Source: Candidatus Heimdallarchaeota archaeon
GTDB lineage: Archaea; Asgardarchaeota; Heimdallarchaeia; Heimdallarchaeales; Kariarchaeaceae
Direction: 5' to 3'
Length of the DNA: 20,957 nt
Assembly (NCBI GenBank): GCA_015523565.1
Contig: WAKA01000181.1
Coordinates: 1 to 20,957, forward strand
The position numbers and the translations under genes were made by a program. The notes under the pieces are model-generated. The model was given only the letters and a program-made list of their open reading frames with translations, did not search any database and was not told the DNA's origin. This document shows positions 17,393 to 20,957 of the stretch, one piece after another (positions within the stretch are counted from its first letter, which is position 1; every line of letters begins with the position of its first letter).

Positions 17393-18235
17393 ATGAACCT
17401 TGTCTCCAAAAAAAGTGTGTCACCCATCATATCCGCCATTTTTCTGATGGGAGTAATGTTAGTTGCCATTACCAGCACTGTAACGCTCATATACCCGAAT
17501 CTTGTAAAATTGGGAGATCAAGAAAACCTATCGTCAGTGATAACACAGTTTGACCAATTGGACAGCTCACTTCAATCGCTGATGAGCCAAGGGGCAGGAT
17601 CAACATTCAATAGACCCTTTTCAATAAAAGAAATGAAACTTGTGGCTGACAATGCCTCAACAATGCAATTGCGGTTTACATACGATTCAACTGCCTTTTC
17701 GAAATCCGCTACACTTGAATTCACAAGATTTGTGGTTCAAATGGGCATGAAAAGCAATGTACTTGCGGCAGGTCAGAAACGATATGCAAAAGGAGTCCAA
17801 AATCAGGATTTCTTCGTGTTGAATTATTCATTGAGTGGATTTTTCCCATGGCAGATAATCAATGCGACAAGACCTGCCCAAGCAAGTTCATTTGCGAACA
17901 TATCCCTTGCATATAGACCAAAATTGTATGCAACCTTTGAGGGGACGACATTGGTATTGAGGATGATTTTCGTCAAGTTCAAATTCATAGGGAAATCAGT
18001 GGTAACCTCTTCAGAACCAAGCATATCTGTCTCATATGATGGACTGATAAAGAACACAACCCAAATGTTTGATGGCACACAATTCTTTCCGTCAGGAGGA
18101 ACCCTGACACTTTCAGTCATAACAACCTTGAGTGACGGAAGCCCTGCTTTCATTGAAATTCCATTCAGGTATGGGGCAAGCTCGTTTTACCTAAAGACAT
18201 TGGTTGAGTTCCACCAGTTCACAGTGAATATCTGA
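17393..18235 (+). CDS. Archaeal type IV pilin/archaellin-like protein (class III signal peptide)
   Basis: MNLVSKKS|VSPIISAIFLMGVMLVAI: basic residues, a small residue, then VSPII and a hydrophobic helix. Beta-rich globular remainder with 6 N-glycosylation sequons. Confidence 0.75.
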   Translation: MNLVSKKSVSPIISAIFLMGVMLVAITSTVTLIYPNLVKLGDQENLSSVITQFDQLDSSLQSLMSQGAGSTFNRPFSIKEMKLVADNASTMQLRFTYDSTAFSKSATLEFTRFVVQMGMKSNVLAAGQKRYAKGVQNQDFFVLNYSLSGFFPWQIINATRPAQASSFANISLAYRPKLYATFEGTTLVLRMIFVKFKFIGKSVVTSSEPSISVSYDGLIKNTTQMFDGTQFFPSGGTLTLSVITTLSDGSPAFIEIPFRYGASSFYLKTLVEFHQFTVNI

Positions 18236-18466
18236 CAGAAAATTGGGAAATCCAATGATTTGAAAACCACAACAAAAGTCAAGTGGAAGCAATAAGCTTT
18301 TCAAAAGATCTGAGCAGTTATAAAGAATAATTGGTGGTCATTAAAGAGGAAAGAATTTAAATTCAACAAACAGACAATGAGAAAAATTAAGAAAACTCCA
18401 GTTCCCCGTATGAATAATCCACAGTTTACAAAATAACCTTAAATCATAGAAATCACAATCTTTTGT

Positions 18467-19387
18467 ATGGGACTGACCGTTCCTGACATCCATGAGCTTG
18501 AAAAAGCGATAAACCACCCATTGGATGAAAGGACGGTCTATCATGACGGTGAAGCAATTGAGTTCAACCTTGAGAAATTAAACCTAATTCAACTTCCCGA
18601 ACATCTTAGGCAATTCAGGCACATCATCCGTTTGAACTTGACTGCAAATAAACTGACAAGACTCCCGCACTGGCTATCCGAGTTACCCCTTGAATGGCTC
18701 ATGCTGGCAAACAACAACATCCAGGAATTGCCAGAACGTCTGGAAAAACTGCAATACCTTGACATTTCATCAAACAACCTGGAGAAAATCCCCAAACTTG
18801 AACAATATACAATGCTCAAAAGGCTCATCTTGAATTTCAATTTCATTACACACATTCCAGACTGGTTTCCAGATCTAAATACAATTACAGAACTGCAACT
18901 TTATGGAAATAAACTTAGGCTGATACCAACCCTCCTATGTCAAATGAACCACCTTGAGGTTCTGAATATCGGATGCAACATGATCAATCTCATTCCAGAG
19001 GAGATTGGAAATTTCAAGAGGCTTCAAGACCTAAATTGCAGGAACAACATGATAAACCAATTGCCAAGTGAAATCAGCGAACTCCAGACCCTTGAATCAC
19101 TGGATCTAAGCCAAAACAAGCTGACCAGACTTGCAGATGGAAACCATGTGTTCCCAAACCTTCAAATGCTGGACTTAAGTGATAACAGGATCAAAGACCT
19201 AGAGATAGATTGGTATCTTCCTGAACTTAGGATTTTGAACATCCTGAACAATCCATTCAAAAAAATATCAATTGAATTTCTCATGGAATTCGAAAATCTT
19301 GCCGCCATCATGGTGGAAAAAGAGAAAATTGACGAAAAGACAATCGCCTACCTCAAAGAGATGGAAATAAGATTGATCAGTGAATGA
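18467..19387 (+). CDS. Stand-alone leucine-rich repeat protein
   Basis: Ten clear LxxLxLxxNxLxxL/IP repeats of about 20-23 aa plus degenerate caps; no signal peptide or effector domain. Confidence 0.92.
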   Translation: MGLTVPDIHELEKAINHPLDERTVYHDGEAIEFNLEKLNLIQLPEHLRQFRHIIRLNLTANKLTRLPHWLSELPLEWLMLANNNIQELPERLEKLQYLDISSNNLEKIPKLEQYTMLKRLILNFNFITHIPDWFPDLNTITELQLYGNKLRLIPTLLCQMNHLEVLNIGCNMINLIPEEIGNFKRLQDLNCRNNMINQLPSEISELQTLESLDLSQNKLTRLADGNHVFPNLQMLDLSDNRIKDLEIDWYLPELRILNILNNPFKKISIEFLMEFENLAAIMVEKEKIDEKTIAYLKEMEIRLISE

Positions 19388-19420
19388 ACCTTTAAGTGAA
19401 GTGAGACCAGAACAATAGAC

Positions 19421-19645
19421 ATGGAATGGAAATACATCTCATGGATACTTTTCATCCTCTCCCTCATCAACCTCATCGGTTTCCTGTTTTTTGGTTGGCC
19501 TTTCCTGTTCTTCTTTCTCATCCCACCCATTGTTTTCACTAGAAAAACGGAACTTCCACCACCACCCCTCTGCCCAAATTGCGGCTATCCATTGGCTGGT
19601 GATTGGGAATACTGCCCAAGATGCGGCATAAAATTAAGCCCATAA
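19421..19645 (+). CDS. Small membrane protein with C-terminal zinc ribbon
   Basis: Hydrophobic N-terminal half, Pro linker (LPPPP), CPNCG-x8-CPRCG. Confidence 0.8.
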   Translation: MEWKYISWILFILSLINLIGFLFFGWPFLFFFLIPPIVFTRKTELPPPPLCPNCGYPLAGDWEYCPRCGIKLSP

Positions 19646-19658
19646 TCCAGTCATGCTT

Positions 19659-20957
19659 CTTTCAATCTAGAAACCCTAGAAACCTCTATTGTAACCCTCA
19701 AGCGTGAAACCGAATTGTTGCAAAGGAATGCTCTTTCAATCTAGATAGTCTAGAAACCTCTATTGTAACGCCAGATCTTATCTTGCGTGTAAGTTCAAAG
19801 GCGCTTGCTTTCAATCTAGATACTCTAGAAACCTCTATTGTAACTTTACTCCAGACACCAGCCTATCGGTACCTTTTCCGGTCTTTCAATCTAGATACTC
19901 TAGAAACCTCTATTGTAACGATCACGTTTTACATGGATTGACCTACCCGAATGTAGCATCTTTCAATCTAGATACCCTAGAAACCTCTATTGTAACACCT
20001 GATCATCTGCGACGACTTGCTTGACGAATCCATCTTTCAATCTAGATACTCTAGAAACCTCTATTGTAACTGGGATTATGTACTCATCCCTGTTTGCAGT
20101 TATGTATTCTTTCAATCTAGATACTCTAGAAACCTCTATTGTAACGCCAATTAGTCCCATTAATTATTTTAAATGATGAAAAAACTTTCAATCTAGATAC
20201 TCTAGAAACCTCTATTGTAACCTCGAACATCGATATTCAAACATTCAACTCATTGATCTTTCAATCTAGATACTCTAGAAACCTCTATTGTAACGATCCG
20301 AGGATCGCCCCGCCTACCGAGGTGAACGAAATGGCTTTCAATCTAGATACTCTAGAAACCTCTATTGTAACGACCACAAATTTTCAATAAACCCCCCAAC
20401 CAATCTTCTTTCAATCTAGATACTCTAGAAACCTCTATTGTAACAACAGTACGTCTATCAACAATCGCAAGAGGTCAGCTTTCAATCTAGATACTCTAGA
20501 AACCTCTATTGTAACCTTGCAGAAGCGAGGGAGCGAGCGGTAACGTAGCAGCATTCTTTCAATCTAGATACTCTAGAAACCTCTATTGTAACGCTTAAGC
20601 AGCGAGTTGTTGTAAATATTAAAACTGTTCTTTCAATCTAGATACTCTAGAAACCTCTATTGTAACGGTGGTCAAGGGCAACAGGGTGTTGTATGATGTT
20701 GCTCTCTTTCAATCTAGATACTCTAGAAACCTCTATTGTAACAATAAAAATAGAAGACATCAATTTCAATCAGATACTTTCAATCTAGATACTCTAGAAA
20801 CCTCTATTGTAACAAGGACTATGAGCTTAATGATAAACTTTTTTTGATCTTTCAATCTAGATACTCTAGAAACCTCTATTGTAACCCAGCATGTCGGCTA
20901 CAGAACTGGGAATGAAGGAGGCTTTCAATCTAGATACTCTAGAAACCTCTATTGTAA
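19659..20957 (-). CRISPR. CRISPR array with 18 repeats (last one truncated by 1 nt at the window end) and 17 spacers of 34-40 bp. Repeat on the minus strand: GTTACAATAGAGGTTTCTAGAGTATCTAGATTGAAAG (37 bp)
   Basis: + strand repeat CTTTCAATCTAGATACTCTAGAAACCTCTATTGTAAC starts at 19659, 19733, 19808, 19883, 19960, 20034, 20109, 20185, 20258, 20335, 20408, 20479, 20556, 20630, 20706, 20777, 20849 and 20922. Minus orientation is inferred from the 3' ATTGAAAG handle and from variant repeats (1, 2, 5) clustering at the left, trailer end. Leader and cas genes are not in the window. Confidence 0.98.

Noticed and set aside
1733-18855. Numerous antisense or alternative-frame ORFs inside alaS, sucCD, FTR1, MMPL, the Wbp1-like gene and others
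   Set aside because: Shadow ORFs of well-supported genes, with no independent motifs.
18236-19658. cas genes, tracrRNA/anti-repeat or leader next to the array
   Set aside because: The adjacent ORFs are LRR and Zn-ribbon proteins, no anti-repeat was seen, and this is the degenerate trailer end, so the leader should lie beyond 20957.
20764-20777. End of spacer 15 (TTTCAATCAGATAC) resembles the repeat start (TTTCAATCTAGATAC) minus one T
   Set aside because: The spacer has normal length and translates cleanly (IKIEDINFNQI); a short AT-rich match is likely chance, though a repeat-mimic target cannot be fully excluded.
19696-20921. Self-targeting or duplicated spacers
   Set aside because: By eye no spacer is repeated and none matches the rest of the window beyond about 9 nt; a BLAST against the full genome is needed to be certain.
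1-20957. tRNA/rRNA genes, transposases, integrases
   Set aside because: No GC-rich structured RNA segment, cloverleaf, terminal inverted repeats or recombinase motifs were recognised.

Overview
AT-rich archaeal chromosomal window, most likely from an Asgard archaeon (Heimdallarchaeia-like). This is an inference from the archaeal-type AlaRS, the Sulfolobus/Thermoplasma-type ferredoxin, a PGF-CTERM-like surface protein, an orphan MCP, a stand-alone LRR protein and a Wbp1/OST48-like protein. The left half is housekeeping: 7Fe ferredoxin, CX5R phosphatase, TerB-like protein, alaS, sucC-sucD, an FTR1/EfeU iron permease and an O-methyltransferase. The right half is a cell-envelope cluster: an MMPL/RND transporter, an acidic C-terminally anchored surface protein with a (GGP)n insert, a short MCP, a CBM9/DOMON-fused Wbp1/OST48-like glycoprotein ending in KKxx, and a class III signal-peptide pilin. 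It is followed by an LRR protein, a small TM/Zn-ribbon protein and the trailer end of a CRISPR array (18 repeats of 37 bp, 17 spacers) that runs off the window; no cas genes are visible. Most interesting observations: (1) the oligosaccharyltransferase Wbp1-like fusion protein with a di-lysine tail; (2) an MMPL that has lost both partners of one Asp-Tyr proton-relay pair; (3) a shared TTCGG-N4-CCGAA palindrome upstream of both the iron permease and the ferredoxin; (4) a spacer encoding a terminase-like Walker B motif. All homology calls are by-eye motif comparisons from memory; no searches were run.
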